This document shows, in pieces, positions 13,496 through 27,475 of a DNA stretch of 64,000 bases (positions within the stretch are counted from its first letter, which is position 1; every line of letters begins with the position of its first letter). A program made the translations under genes and the position numbers. The notes beneath the pieces were generated by a model. That model saw nothing but the letters and a program-made list of their open reading frames with translations. It did no database searches and was not told the origin of the DNA. The DNA comes from Eukaryota sp. TZLM1-RC (taxonomy: Eukaryota; Protista; Metamonada: BaSk clade): assembly GCA_040285825.1 (NCBI GenBank), contig JAUPSS010000001.1, positions 3,534,001-3,598,000 on the forward strand, written 5' to 3'.

Positions 13496-14209
13496 ATATT
13501 TGTTGTTGAATAAAAAGTTTTAGAAAAAAAAAATTAAAAAAAAAATCCCTAACTTACAATTTTTGTAGACAATTTAACAAAATACGTACCCAATTTTTGG
13601 CTTATTTAATGTCTGTTGATCCATCAATTTTGAAAAATCATATTGTTTCTGATGTTCAACTTGGCGGTGTTGGATTCAATTCATCAAAATATTTGACCAA
13701 AGCTGCATTTATTGGTGGTGGAAAAATTTTGTATTTGAATTCTCTAGAAGATATCCTTTTGCCGAAAATCTTCTTGAAAATACAAATAGCATATTCCTGG
13801 ATAACTTAAGAGAAGAAATATCCAGTTTATCTCCCGACTTATGGCAATCATGTTTCCCCATATCCATTCAAGAAATTCCAGACAGAAGTTTATATTCATT
13901 AAAATTTGCGTTGAAAAAGCTCCAACGACATCTCTTGAAAAATTTTGAAAACAAGGATTTTATTGTTCGACTTAGCACGGCTAAGAAAGAAAAATCCTGC
14001 TTTTGCCAATTTTTTTGATTGATTTGAAGGACAGTTCATCTGCAGTTTTGATAAATCAAATTCCCCAGATTTATGGTCTATTTTTGAATGACGACCAATG
14101 GACCACTGCTATGAGAATGCGTTGTTATTTATGGCCTTGTAATTTGCCCAATGATTTGTTTTGTAAATGTGGAGCTGGTTTGACATTATCACATTTATTT
14201 AATTGTAAT

Positions 14210-15932
14210 TTTTTTTAAAAAAAAAATTAATTTTATTCTAAACCTATAAATCAACATCTAAAAAAATCCATCTCTCCCAAAACAAAAACACTAGATGCAA
14301 CTCTCTCATAGTGAGATCCAAGAGAAAGCAAAGCATCAGAAACCATCATCAACATCCCCTTAAAAATAGAAAACACAATTCTATTTTGCCAAAACAATCT
14401 GTTGAAATTTCTGCCAGTTCTTCTCTTTACAATCATTTCAAAATCATCCAAAAAACGTAAAGCAGTTGGTGCAAGTGAACCAAAAAGGGAAAATACAAAT
14501 GGATACAAATTGTATTTTTGCATGCTGTAGACTGGCCAATTTGGACAAAGGTTCATTGTATTTTTTTGAATTTAAAATTTTCAGCATTTGAAAGGGGATT
14601 ATGAATTTCAGAATTAACAAGCCTTTCATTTGAGGCATTACAAGGATCAACAGACATTACATCCAATAAAATAAAGCTTCCATCTAATCCAGGTTATATG
14701 ACATCACCTCTATTATTCTTATGAAAATCATTTTCAGCATCAAACAGATTTGACAACAGAGGTTCCAAGAAGGATTCAATTCTATGAGATTTACACATAC
14801 AATATAACTGGTCTCTTACAGCATCATGAACCTTGCTTCTAAAAGTAATAAAATGTTTACAATTTAACAAATGAGTAGTTGTAATTTCTCGAGAACATTT
14901 ACAAATTAAATTATGAGGTAAATTATCAGGCCAGATAAAGGAACGAAATCTCATATTCAGAGTCCAAGCAGAATCGGATAAGAGAGTACCATATACTTGC
15001 GGAATTGTTGTTACTAAGGCAGAAGAAGTACTGTCACACATATCTTGTAAAAGATTTGCAAAAGCGGGATTCTTTTTCTTGGCCAAGCCAAGTCTAACAT
15101 CAAAATCCAAGCTTTCAAAAATCTTTGACAATTTTTGTTGAAGCTTTTTACAGCAAAACTGTAAATTAAATAGAGATCGGTTTGGAATTTCTTGAATTGA
15201 TTGAGGAAGGCATTTGGTCCAAATTTGTGGCGGTAATTTTTCAAGTTCACAAGATAACTTATACAAATAGGGACTACAATTGGGGACTAACAGATGGGAA
15301 TCATCAGGAAATCTACGAGAAAATTCATAAATAAAATTTTTGCCACCACCCAAGAATGCTGATTGACACAAAATTGAAGATTTAGTAAATCCAATACCCC
15401 CCAAATTTGCTGAAGAAAATAAATGGCTTTTCAACATTCCTGGTTCTACATCCAATAAATCAGCAAAAAATTCTGTTCTCAATGAATTAAAAGAACGACA
15501 AAAATCTAATGCTATGGAAGGAGCACAAGATCTCAAAATGTGGGTTATTCTCCCAGTGTAGCAAATTTTAAGCATAAAAAATTTAATATGCTTTTCTATA
15601 TCTAAAGAAGAAATTGAATCAAGTTCAATTTTCATTTTTTCCAAAATAACTTGCAATTCATTCTGAATTTGAGGCACATTTCCTAACCAACAACCAAGGA
15701 ACTTAAAAGCATCACTACTATAATTAGTAAAAGGGACAATAGAATCGTTTATCACGAGGTCTTGAGCAGAAGAGCCAATCAGAAGGCATTTGCTGGCATT
15801 AAGATGAAGCCCAATATTTTCATATGAATCGGCAATTTCTTGAGCAACCAATTCTAGTAAATCAAATGAACCAATCAAGGATATATCATCCATATAAGCA
15901 ACTATTTTTATATATCCATATAAGCAACTATT
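14210..15932 (-). mobile_element. Family A, 5'-truncated just upstream of YMDD
   Basis: TSD TTTAATTGTAAT 14198-14209/15933-15944; ORF 14694-16055. Confidence 0.92.
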
Positions 15933-17022
15933 TTTAATTGTAATAGATATATTTCCTATCGTTCTACGTTGCATGATGCAGTTAGAGATCAAATCCATGC
16001 AATGTGTAATTCCTATCATATTGAATCTTTTGTAGAACCTTTGTTGAGGTCTCATGATATAAATGAAAGCGTAAGAAATTCAGAATATGGAAAACGACGT
16101 GCTGATGTTGTTGCGCCCTCGTTTGATGATGTCATGAATGTTGTTGATGTCGTAACAGTGGATGTTTGCAAGAAAAATGCCTTGAAAAATGCTCAATCCG
16201 AAGTATCCCCCCTTGATGACTCCGAATTGTACAAACGGAAAAAGTATGCAAATCCTTTAAAAGAATTGAAACATGTTCGCCATGTAGATTACCAAATTTG
16301 CCCATTTGCTATATCGTTGTATGGTCGTCTTGGAAAAACTGCTTTGAATTTTATTGATGATTTTGAAAATCTTGTGAAAAAAAGAATGAATAAGCGTTTT
16401 GATCGTCGCTTGTGGCTAAATCGTATTGTTTTTACTATTTTCAAATCAATTCCTAAAATGATTTCGAAAGCTTTAATGTCAGTCAGTGCACATTATGAAA
16501 ACATTGCTGCTGTAAGGTTTGATGGTGTGGAAGCTTGTTTTGAAGATATTGACTTTTAGACTGTGGTTTTGAAAATAAATTAAAAGTATTTTAAAAAAAA
16601 GATATTGTGGAACTTCCTTCAAGAAGCTTGCTCTCCTTACCATTGACTTTTGCAAAATTGCAGAAAAAAATTTTGAAAGTTTTAGAAAACTTGGATTATA
16701 TTGTACGTCTTAGCTTGGCTAAGGAAAAAAATCCCGTTTTTGCAAACTTTTTGATTGATCTTGAAGACAGTTGCTCAAGTTGCTTAATCTCCCAAATTCC
16801 CAACATTTACGGCCTTCTACTTAATGATCACCAATGGACCACTGCAATGAGATGGAGATGTTTTCTATGGCCTTGTTCATTGCCAAATGATTTAATTTGT
16901 CGCTGCAAGAGTGTTGTTACGCTTTCCCATATTTTAAACTGTAAGTATTTCATAACTTATCGCTCACTTGTTCATGACTCAGTTCGTGATCAATTATATG
17001 CCATGTGCAAAAGTTTCAATAT

Positions 17023-19399
17023 TTTTTTTTAAAATTTAATTTTATTCTAAACCTATAAATTTTTTTTTTTTAAAATTTAATTTTATTCTAAACCTATAAA
17101 TCAACATCTAAAAAAATCCATCTCTCCCAAAACAAAAACACTAGATGCAACTCTCTCATAGTGAGATCCAAGAGAAAGCAAAGCATCAGAAACCATCTTC
17201 AACATCCCCTTAAAAATAGAAAACACAATTCTATTTTGCCAAAACAATCTGTTGAAATTTCTGCCAGTTCTTCTCTTTACAATCATTTCAAAATCATCCA
17301 AAAAACGTAAAGCAGTTGGTGCAAGTGAACCAAAAAGGGAAAATACAAATGGATACAAATTGTATTTTGCATGCTGTAGACTGGCCAATTTGGACAAAGG
17401 TTCATTGTATTTTTTTGAATTTAAAATTTTCAGCATTTGAAAGGGGATTATGAATTTCAGAATTAACAAGCCTTTCATTTGAGGCATTACAAGGATCAAC
17501 AGACATTACATCCAATAAAATGAAGCTTCCATCTAATCCAGGTAATATGACATCACCTCTATTATTCTTATGAAAATCATTTTCAGCATCAAACAGATTT
17601 GACAACAAAGGTTCCAAGAAGGATTCAATTCTATGAGATTTACACATACAATATAACTGGTCTCTTACAGCATCATGAACCTTGCTTCTAAAAAGTAATA
17701 AAATGTTTACAATTTAACAAATGAGTAGTTGTAATTTCTCGAGAACATTTACAAATTAAATTATGAGGTAAATTATCAGGCCAGATAAAGGAACGAAATC
17801 TCATATTCAGAGTCCAAGCAGAATCGGATAAGAGAGTACCATAAACTTGTGGAATTGTTGTTACTAAGGCAGAAGAAGTACTGTCACACATATCTTGTAA
17901 AAGATTTGCAAAAGCGGGATTCTTTTTCTTGGCCAAGCCAAGTCTAACATCAAAATCCAAGCTTTCAAAAATCTTTGACAATTTTTGTTGAAGCTTTTTA
18001 CAGCAAAACTGTAAATTAAATAGAGATCGGTTGGGAATTTCTTGAATTGATTGAGGAAAACATTTGGTCCAAATTTGTGGCGGTAATTTTTCAAGTTCAC
18101 AAGATAACTCATACAAATAGGGACTACAATTGGGGACTAACAGATGAGAATCATCAGGAAATCTACGAGAAAATTCATAAATAAAATTTTGCCACCACCC
18201 AAGAATGCTGATTGACACAAAATTGAAGATTTAGTAAATCCAATACCCCCAAATTTGCTGAAGAAAATAAATGGCTTTTCAACATTCCTGGTTCTACATC
18301 CAATAAATCAGCAAAAAAATTCTGTTCTCAATGAATTAAAAGAACGACAAAAAATCTAATGGTATGGAAGGAGCACAAGATCTCAAAATGTGGGTTATTC
18401 TCCCAGTGTAGCAAATTTTAAGCATAAAAAAATTTAATATGCTTTTCTATATCTAAAGAAGAAATTGAATCAAGTTCAATTTTCATTTTTCCAAAATAAC
18501 TTGCAATTCATTCTGAATTTGAGGCACATTTCCTAACCAACAACCAAGGAACTTAAAAGCATCACTACTATAATTAGTAAAAGGGACAATAGAATCGTTT
18601 ATCACGAGGTCTTGAGCAGAAGAGCCAATCAGAAGGCATTTGCTGGCATTAAGATGAAGCCCAATATTTTCATATGAATCGGCAATTTCTTGAGCAACCA
18701 ATTCTAGTAAATCAAATGAACCAATCAAGGATATATCATCCATATAAGCAACTATTTTTATAGAAGGGTATTTTTGCTTAATGATATTTAAAGTTTTGTG
18801 AATAGCCAAACAAAACAATAATGGACCTAAAGGGTCACCTTGCTTCACACCAGAAACCTATAAATCAACATCTAAAAAATCCATCTCTCCCAAAACAAAA
18901 ACACTAGATGCAACTCTCTCATAGTGAGATCCAAGAGAAAGCAAAGCATCAGAAACCATCTTCAACATCCCCTTAAAAATAGAAAACACAATTCTATTTT
19001 GCCAAAACAATCTGTTGAAATTTCTGCCAGTTCTTCTCTTTACAATCATTTCAAAATCATCCAAAAAACGTAAAGCAGCTGGTGCAAGTGAACCAAAAAG
19101 GGAAAATACAAATGGATACAAATTGTATTTTGCATGCTGTAGACTGGCCAATTTGGACAAAGGTTCATTGTATTTTTTGAATTTAAAATTTTCAGCATTT
19201 GAAAGGGGATTATGAATTTCAGAATTAACAAGCCTTTCATTTGAGGCATTACAAGGATCAACAGACATTACATCCAATAAAATGAAGCTTCCATCTAATC
19301 CAGGTAATATGACATCACCTCTATTATTCTTATGAAAATCATTTTCAGCATCAAACAGATTTGACAACAAAGGTTCCAAGAAGGATTCAATTCTATGAG
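17023..19399 (-). mobile_element. Family A short copy (17023-17060 + 18854-19399) hosting another A at its stop codon
   Basis: TSD AAGTTTCAATAT 17011-17022/19400-19411. Confidence 0.9.
17061..18853 (-). mobile_element. Family A, 5'-truncated, inserted in the same orientation into the 3' end of A
   Basis: TSD AAACCTATAAAT 17049-17060/18854-18865. Confidence 0.9.
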
Positions 19400-21255
19400 A
19401 AGTTTCAATATAGAGGCATTTATTGAGCCACTAGTACGTAAGCTGTCTTCAGATCAAACTGATGATTCCTTTGGTAAAAGAAGGGCAGATTTAGTAGCTC
19501 CAGGGATCGATGGTGTTCTCAATGTTGTAGACGTTGTCTCAGTGGAAGTTTGCAAAAATTCTGCTGCTCGTTTAGTGTATTCCGCTGACTCGCCGTTATC
19601 TAACGCCGAAAAAAAGAAGATAAAAAAATATGAAGAACCTTTGGCACAGTTAGGTAGAGTGGAACATGTGAAATATCAGTTTGTGCCGTTTGCAATTTCT
19701 CTTTTTGGCAATATTGGACCTTCAGGCTTGCACTTTTTGGAAAATTTTAAAAAAGTGTTACTGAATAGGTCTGGTAAAACAATGAACTCCACTTTCTGGT
19801 TAAATAGAATTGTTTTCTGCATTTTCAAGTCTATTCCAACAATGATTTCAAAGGCACTTTTAGCTATTGGTGTAGAATATGAACGTAATGCTGTGAGTAG
19901 GTTCAGTAATTTTTTTTTGAAAAATTTTAATTTATTATTAAACTACAGTCTAAAAGTCAATATCTTCAAAACAAGCTTCCACACCATCAAACCTCACAAC
20001 AGCAATTTCTTCGTAATGTGCACTGACAGACATCAAAGCTTTCGAAATCATTTTAGGAATTGATTTGAAAATAGTAAAAACAATACGATTTAGCCACAAG
20101 CGACGATCAAAACGCTTATTCATTCTTCTTTTCACAAGATTTTCAAAATCATCAATAAAATTCATAGCAGTTTTTCCAAGACGACCATACAACGATATAG
20201 CAAATGGGCAAATTTGGTAATCTACATGGCGAACAAAGCCTCTACATTTTTGAATCCTCATCAATTTGGAATCAAAACAATTGATGGTGTTTCTGTTGCT
20301 GCTATTGCCTCTGATACCTTTTTTAATGCAGAGGAAAATAATTTTATTTTTAATCTCGACTTTAAAAATGCTTTTAATTCTGTAAAGCGAGAAGCAATTT
20401 TTGAAGTTATTAAATCTGATTTTCCTGAGCTATCGAGTTTTTTCTACCATTTTTATGGGAAAGAATCAGATTTAATTTTTAATTCATTTGGTCTTAAATC
20501 ATCTTCTGGAGTGAAGCAGGGAGATCCTTTAGGCCCATTATTGTTTTGTTTAGCTATTCACAAAACTTTAAATATCATTAAGCAAAAATACCCTTCTATA
20601 AAAATAGTTGCTTATATGGATGATATATCCTTGATTGGTTCATTTGATTTACCAGAATTGGTTGCTCAAGAAATTGCCGATTCATATGAAAATATTGGGC
20701 TTCATCTTAATGCCAGCAAATGCCTTCTGATTGGCTCTTCTGCTCAAGACCTCGTGATAAACGATTCTATTGTCCCTTTTACTAATTATAGTAGTGATGC
20801 TTTTAAGTTCCTTGGTTGTTGGTTAGGAAATGTGCCTCAAATTCAGAATGAATTGCAAGTTATTTTGGAAAAAATGAAAATTGAACTTGATTCAATTTCT
20901 TCTTTAGATATAGAAAAGCATATTAAATTTTTCATGCTTAAAATTTGCTACACTGGAAGAATAACCCACATTTTGAGATCTTGTGCTCCTTCCATAGCAT
21001 TAGATTTTTGTCGTTCTTTTAATTCATTGAGAACAGAATTTTTTGCTGATTTATTGGATGTAGAACCACGAATGTTGAAAAGCCATTTATTTTCTTCAGC
21101 AAATTTGGGTGGTATTGGTTTTACTAAATCTTCAATTTTGTGTCAATCAGCATTCTTGGGTGGTGGCAAAAATTTTATTTATGAATTTTCTCGTAGATTT
21201 CCTGATGATTCTCATCTTTTAGTCCCCAATTGTAGTCCCTATTTGTATGAGTTAT

Positions 21256-24200
21256 TTTTTTTTTTAAAATTTAATTTTATTCTAAACCTATAAATCAACA
21301 TCTAAAAAATCCATCTCTCCCAAAACAAAAACACTAGATGCAACTCTCTCATAGTGAGATCCAAGAGAAAGCAAAGCATCAGAAACCATCTTCAACATCC
21401 CCTTAAAAATAGAAAACACAATTCTATTTTGCCAAAACAATCTGTTGAAATTTCTGCCAGTTCTTCTCTTTACAATCATTTCAAAATCATCCAAAAAACG
21501 TAAAGCAGTTGGTGCAAGTGAACCAAAAAGGGAAAATACAAATGGATACAAATTGTATTTTTGCATGCTGTAGACTGGCCAATTTGGACAAAGGTTCATT
21601 GTATTTTTTTGAATTTAAAATTTTCAGCATTTGAAAGGGGATTATGAATTTCAGAATTAACAAGCCTTTCATTTGAGGCATTACAAAGATCAACAGACAT
21701 TACATCCAATAAAATGAAGCTTCCATCTAATCCAGGTAATATGACATCACCTCTATTATTCTTATGAAAATCATTTTCAGCATCAAACAGATTTGACAAC
21801 AAAGGTTCCAAGAAGGATTCAATTCTATGAGATTTACACATACAATATAACTGGTCTCTTACAGCATCATGAACCTTGCTTCTAAAAGTAATAAAATGTT
21901 TACAATTTAACAAATGAGTAGTTGTAATTTCTCGAGAACATTTACAAATTAAATTATGAGGTAAATTATCAGGCCAGATAAAGGAACGAAATCTCATATT
22001 CAGAGTCCAAGCAGAATCGGATAAGAGAGTACCATAAACTTGTGGAATTGTTGTTACTAAGGCAGAAGAAGTACTGTCACACATATCTTGTAAAAGATTT
22101 GCAAAAGCGGGATTCTTTTTCTTGGCCAAGCCAAGTCTAACATCAAAATCCAAGCTTTCAAAAATCTTTGACAATTTTTGTTGAAGCTTTTTACAGCAAA
22201 ACTGTAAATTAAATAGAGATCGGTTTGGAATTTCTTGAATTGATTGAGGAAAACATTTGGTCCAAATTTGTGGCGGTAATTTTTTTCAAGTTCACAAGAT
22301 AACTCATACAAATAGGGACTACAATTGGGGACTAACAGATGAGAATCATCAGGAAATCTACGAGAAAATTCATAAATAAAATTTTGCCACCACCCAAGAA
22401 TGCTGATTGACACAAAATTGAAGATTTAGTAAAACCAATACCACCCAAATTTGCTGAAGAAAATAAATGGCTTTTCAACATTCCTGGTTCTACATCCAAT
22501 AAATCAGCAAAAAAATTCTGTTCTCAATGAATTAAAAGAACGACAAAAATCTAATGCTATGGAAGGAGCACAAGATCTCAAAATGTGGGTTATTCTCCCA
22601 GTGTAGCAAATTTTAAGCATGAAAAATTTAATATGCTTTTCTATATCTAAAGAAGAAATTGAATCAAGTTCAATTTTCATTTTTTCCAAAATACCTTGCA
22701 ATTCATTCTGAATTTGAGGCACATTTCCTAACCAACAACCAAGGAACTTAAAAGCATCACTACTATAATTAGTAAAAGGGACAATAGAATCGTTTATCAC
22801 GAGGTCTTGAGCAGAAGAGCCAATCAGAAGGCATTTGCTGGCATTAAGATGAAGCCCAATATTTTCATATGAATCGGCAATTTCTTGAGCAACCAATTCT
22901 AGTAAATCAAATGAACCAATCAAGGATATATCATCCATATAAGCAACTATTTTTATAGAAGGGTATTTTTGCTTAATGATATTTAAAGTTTTGTGAATAG
23001 CTAAACAAAACAATAATGGGCCTAAAGGATCTCCCTGCTTCACTCCAGAAGATGATTTAAGACCAAATGAATTAAAAATTAAATCTGATTCTTTCCCATA
23101 AAAATGGTAGAAAAAAACTCGATAGCTCAGGAAAATCAGATTTAATAACTTCAAAAATTGCTTCTCGCTTTACAGAATTAAAAGCATTTTTAAAGTCGAG
23201 ATTAAAAATAAAATTATTTTCCTCTGCATTAAAAAAGGTATCAGAGGCAATAGCAGCAACAGAAGCACCATCAATTGTTTTGATTCCAAATTGATGAGGA
23301 TTCAAAAATGTATAAGCTTTGTCTTTGACACGATCGAAGACAATTGATGCTAGCAAACGAGAAAGAGATTCACCAACAGCAATTGGGCGTATTCCATCAG
23401 GTTTGATTCCGTTTCCAGGCTTTACTAAAGCAATCAGACGTGCTGCGAGTAATTCAAATGGAGGATTAATTTTCAAAACAATCAATTGTTGAAAATTTTT
23501 TTTTTTAAAAACTGGAATATTTATTGAGATAAAAATAACCATCTAGAATTCAATATCCTCCAAACAAGCGTCACTATTACTGAACCTACTCACAGCATTA
23601 CGTTCATATTCTACACCAATAGCTAAAAGTGCCTTTGAAATCATTGTTGGAATAGACTTGAAAATGCAAAAAACAATTCTATTTAACCAGAAAGTGGAGT
23701 TCATTGTTTTACCAGACCTATTCAGTAACACTTTTTTAAAATTTTCCAAATAGTGCAAGCCTGAAGGTCCAATATTGCCAAAAAGAGAAATTGCAAACGG
23801 CACAAACTGATATTTCACATGTTCCACTCTACCTAACTGTGCCAAAGGTTCTTCATATTTTTTTATCTTCTTTTTTTCGGCGTTAGATAACGGCGAGTCA
23901 GCGGAATACACTAAACGAGCAGCAGAATTTTTGCAAACATCCACTGAGACAACGTCTACAACATTGAGAACACCATCGATCCCTGGAGCTACTAAATCTG
24001 CCCTTCTTTTACCAAAGGAATCATCAGTTTGATCTGAAGACAGCTTACGTACTAGTGGCTCAATAAATGCCTCTATATTGAAACTTTTGCACATGGCATA
24101 TAATTGATCACGAACTGAGTCATGAACAAGTGAGCGATAAGTTATGAAATACTTACAGTTTAAAATATGGGAAAGCGTAACAACACTCTTGCAGCGACAA

Positions 24201-24932
24201 ATTAAATCATTTGGCAATGAGCAAGGCCATAGAAAACATCTCAATCTCATTGCAGTGGTCCATTGGTGATCATTAAGTAGAAGGCCGTAAATGTTGGGAA
24301 TTTGGGAGATTAAGCAATTGTTGAAAATAGTGGGCTAGATCATCAGCAATTTCGGGAGCACTGGAACATGCTATTTTTAAGAGATCAAAAGAAATTCCAG
24401 ATGGGCCTGCTGCTTTCCCCTTTGGCAATTTCTGAATAGCTTTAAGAACTTCAATTGCAGTAATAGGATTTTCAATCCAAAAAGGACACACTTCAGGCTT
24501 GCTGCACTTGAAATTTTCTTGAGGATGCAACTTTTGAAGTTTTTCAAGGGTATCAGAGTTTGCATCAGCCAAAGAAGAGGAAAACAAAGACTGCTTTGCG
24601 GCACCATAACGACCACGTAAGCACAATTTACGGCAAATTTTTGATTTTACAATTTTTCTATTTCCAAATTTTTTCTTAAAACAATTTTTGTTTTTTCTAG
24701 CAAAATATTTCCAGAAGGATGAAATATTCCACTTATTATTTTTCAATTCAGAAGTAAAATTTCTCATTTCCATTGAGAAGGGGATTGTGCTGGCGGGACT
24801 TATTTCTACTGGGATCCGGATCGGGGGTCTTACGGTATCAACGGCTTTACAATTCGTACAAAACAGAAGTTTTCGACCATTTCGTGAATCTGCAACATCT
24901 TTTTTGCAAAATGGACAACAAAAATTACTGTT
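21256..24932 (-). mobile_element. Family A, long 5'-truncated copy, interrupted by C
   Basis: TSD TATTTGTATGAGTTAT 21240-21255/24933-24948. Confidence 0.92.
23497..24314 (-). mobile_element. Family C, 5'-truncated
   Basis: TSD CAATTGTTGAAAAT 23483-23496/24315-24328 (includes 3 nt of microhomology); ORF 23543-24250. Confidence 0.92.
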
Positions 24933-25727
24933 TATTTGTATGAGTTATCTTGTGAACTTGAAAAATTACCGCCACAAATTTGGACCAAATGTTTTCCTCA
25001 ATCAATTCAAGAAATTCCAAACCGATCTCTATTTAATTTACAGTTTTGCTGTAAAAAGCTTCAACAAAAATTGTCAAAGATTTTTGAAAGCTTGGATTTT
25101 GATGTTAGACTTGGCTTGGCCAAGAAAAAGAATCCCGCTTTTGCAAATCTTTTACAAGATATGTGTGACAGTACTTCTTCTGCCTTAGTAACAACAATTC
25201 CACAAGTTTATGGTACTCTCTTATCCGATTCTGCTTGGACTCTGAATATGAGATTTCGTTCCTTTATATGGCCTGATAATTTACCTCATAATTTAATTTG
25301 TAAATGTTATCGAGAAATTACAACTACTCATTTGTTAAATTGTAAACATTTTATTACTTTTAGAAGCAAGGTTCATGATGCTGTAAGAGACCAGTTATAT
25401 TGTATGTGTAAATCTCATAGAATTGAATCCTTCTTGGAACCTTTGTTGTCAAATCTGTTTGATGCTGAAAATGATTTTCATAAGAATAATAGAGGTGATG
25501 TTATATTACCTGGATTAGATGGAAGTTTCATTTTATTGGATGTAATGTCTGTTGATCCTTGTAATGCCTCAAATGAAAGGCTTGTTAATTCTGAAATTCA
25601 TAATCCTCTTTCAAATGCTGAAAATTTCAAATTCAAAAAATACAATGAACCTTTGTTCAAATTGGCCAGTCTACAGCATGCAAAATACAATTTGTATCCA
25701 TTTGTATTTTCCCTTTTTGGTTCACTT

Positions 25728-27475
25728 TTTTTTTTTTAAATTTAATTTTATTCGAAACCTATAAATCAACATCTAAAAAATCCATCTCTCCCAAAACAAA
25801 AACACTAGATGCAACTCTCTCATAGTGAGATCCAAGAGAAAGCAAAGCATCAGAAACCATCTTCAACATCCCCTTAAAAATAGAAAACACAATTCTATTT
25901 TGCCAAAACAATTTGTTGAAATTTCTCCCAGTTCTTCTCTTTACAATCATTTCAAAATCATCCAAAAAACGTAAAGCAGTTGGTGCAAGTGAACCAAAAG
26001 GGAAAATACAAATGGATACAAATTGTATTTTGCATGCTGTAGACTGGCCAATTTGGACAAAGGTTCATTGTATTTTTGAATTTAAAATTTTCAGCATTTG
26101 AAAGGGGATTATGAATTTCAGAATTAACAAGCCTTTCATTTGAGGCATTACAAGGATCAACAGACATTACATCCAATAAAATGAAGCTTCCATCTAATCC
26201 AGGTAATATGACATCACCTCTATTATTCTTATGAAAATCATTTTCAGCATCAAACAGATTTGACAACAGAGGTTCCAAGAAGGATTCAATTCTATGAGAT
26301 TTACACATACAATATAACTGGTCTCTTACAGCATCATGAACCTTGCTTCTAAAAGTAATAAAATGTTTACAATTTAACAAATGAGTAGTTGTAATTTCTC
26401 GAGAACATTTACAAATTAAATTATGAGGTAAATTATCAGGCCAGATAAAGGAACGAAATCTCATATTCAGAGTCCAAGCAGAATCGGATAAGAGAGTACC
26501 ATAAACTTGTGGAATTGTTGTTACTAAGGCAGAAGAAGTACTGTCACACATATCTTGTAAAAGATTTGCAAAAGCGGGATTCTTTTTCTTGGCCAAGCCA
26601 AGTCTAACATCAAAATCCAAGCTTTCAAAAATCTTTGACAATTTTGTTGAAGCTTTTTACAGCAAAACTGTAAATTATATAGAGATCGGTTTGGAATTTC
26701 TTGAATTGATTGAGGAAAACATTTGGTCCAAATTTGTGGCGGTAATTTTTCAAGTTCACAAGATAACTCATACAAATAGGGACTACAATTGGGGACTAAC
26801 AGATGAGAATCATCAGGAAATCTACGAGAAAATTCATAAATAAAATTTTGCCACCACCCAAGAATGCTGATTGACACAAAATTGAAGATTTAGTAAAACC
26901 AATACCACCCAAATTTGCTGAAGAAAATAAATGGCTTTTCAACATTCCTGGTTCTACATCCAATAAATCAGCAAAAATTCTGTTCTCAATGAATTAAAAG
27001 AACGACAAAAATCTAATGCTATGGAAGGAGCACAAGATCTCAAAATGTGGGTTATTCTCCCAGTGTAGCAAATTTTAAGCATGAAAAATTTAATATGCTT
27101 TTCTATATCTAAAGAAGAAATTGAATCAAGTTCAATTTTCATTTTTTCCAAAATAACTTGCAATTCATTCTGAATTTGAGGCACATTTCCTAACCAACAA
27201 CCAAGGAACTTAAAAGCATCACTACTGTAATTAGTAAAAGGGACAATAGAATCGTCTATCACGAGGTCTTGAGCAGAAGAGCCAATCAGAAGACATTTGC
27301 TGGCATTAAGATGAAGCCCAATATTTTCATATGAATCGGCAATTTCTTGAGCAACCAATTCTAGTAAATCAAATGAACCAATCAAGGATATATCATCCAT
27401 ATAAGCAACTATTTTTATAGAAGGGTATTTTTGCTTAATGATATTTAAAGTTTTGTGAATAGCTAAACAAAAAGA
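25728..27475 (-). mobile_element. Family A, 5'-truncated
   Basis: TSD TTGGTTCACTT 25717-25727/27476-27486. Confidence 0.92.

Larger units (their letters stand above)
8713..13544 (+). mobile_element. Family D full-length element (~3.4 kb without the nested A copy)
   Basis: T-tract then CTCCCTCC at 8736; ATG 8813; CSKCGKVGHNIRKC at 9034-9075 in a shifted frame; YMDD in ORF 10214-10705; RLE in ORF 12437-13369; tail 13509-13544. Confidence 0.92.
5826..16600 (+). mobile_element. Family B element with 5' inversion (5826-6003 on minus), split into 6004-6020, 6370-6401, 13545-14209 and 15933-16600
   Basis: Pieces are collinear with full-length B from about 53035 on and rejoin by TSDs TCATTTACTGCGA, ATCCCTAA and TTTAATTGTAAT; tail at 16575-16600. 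Confidence 0.85.
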
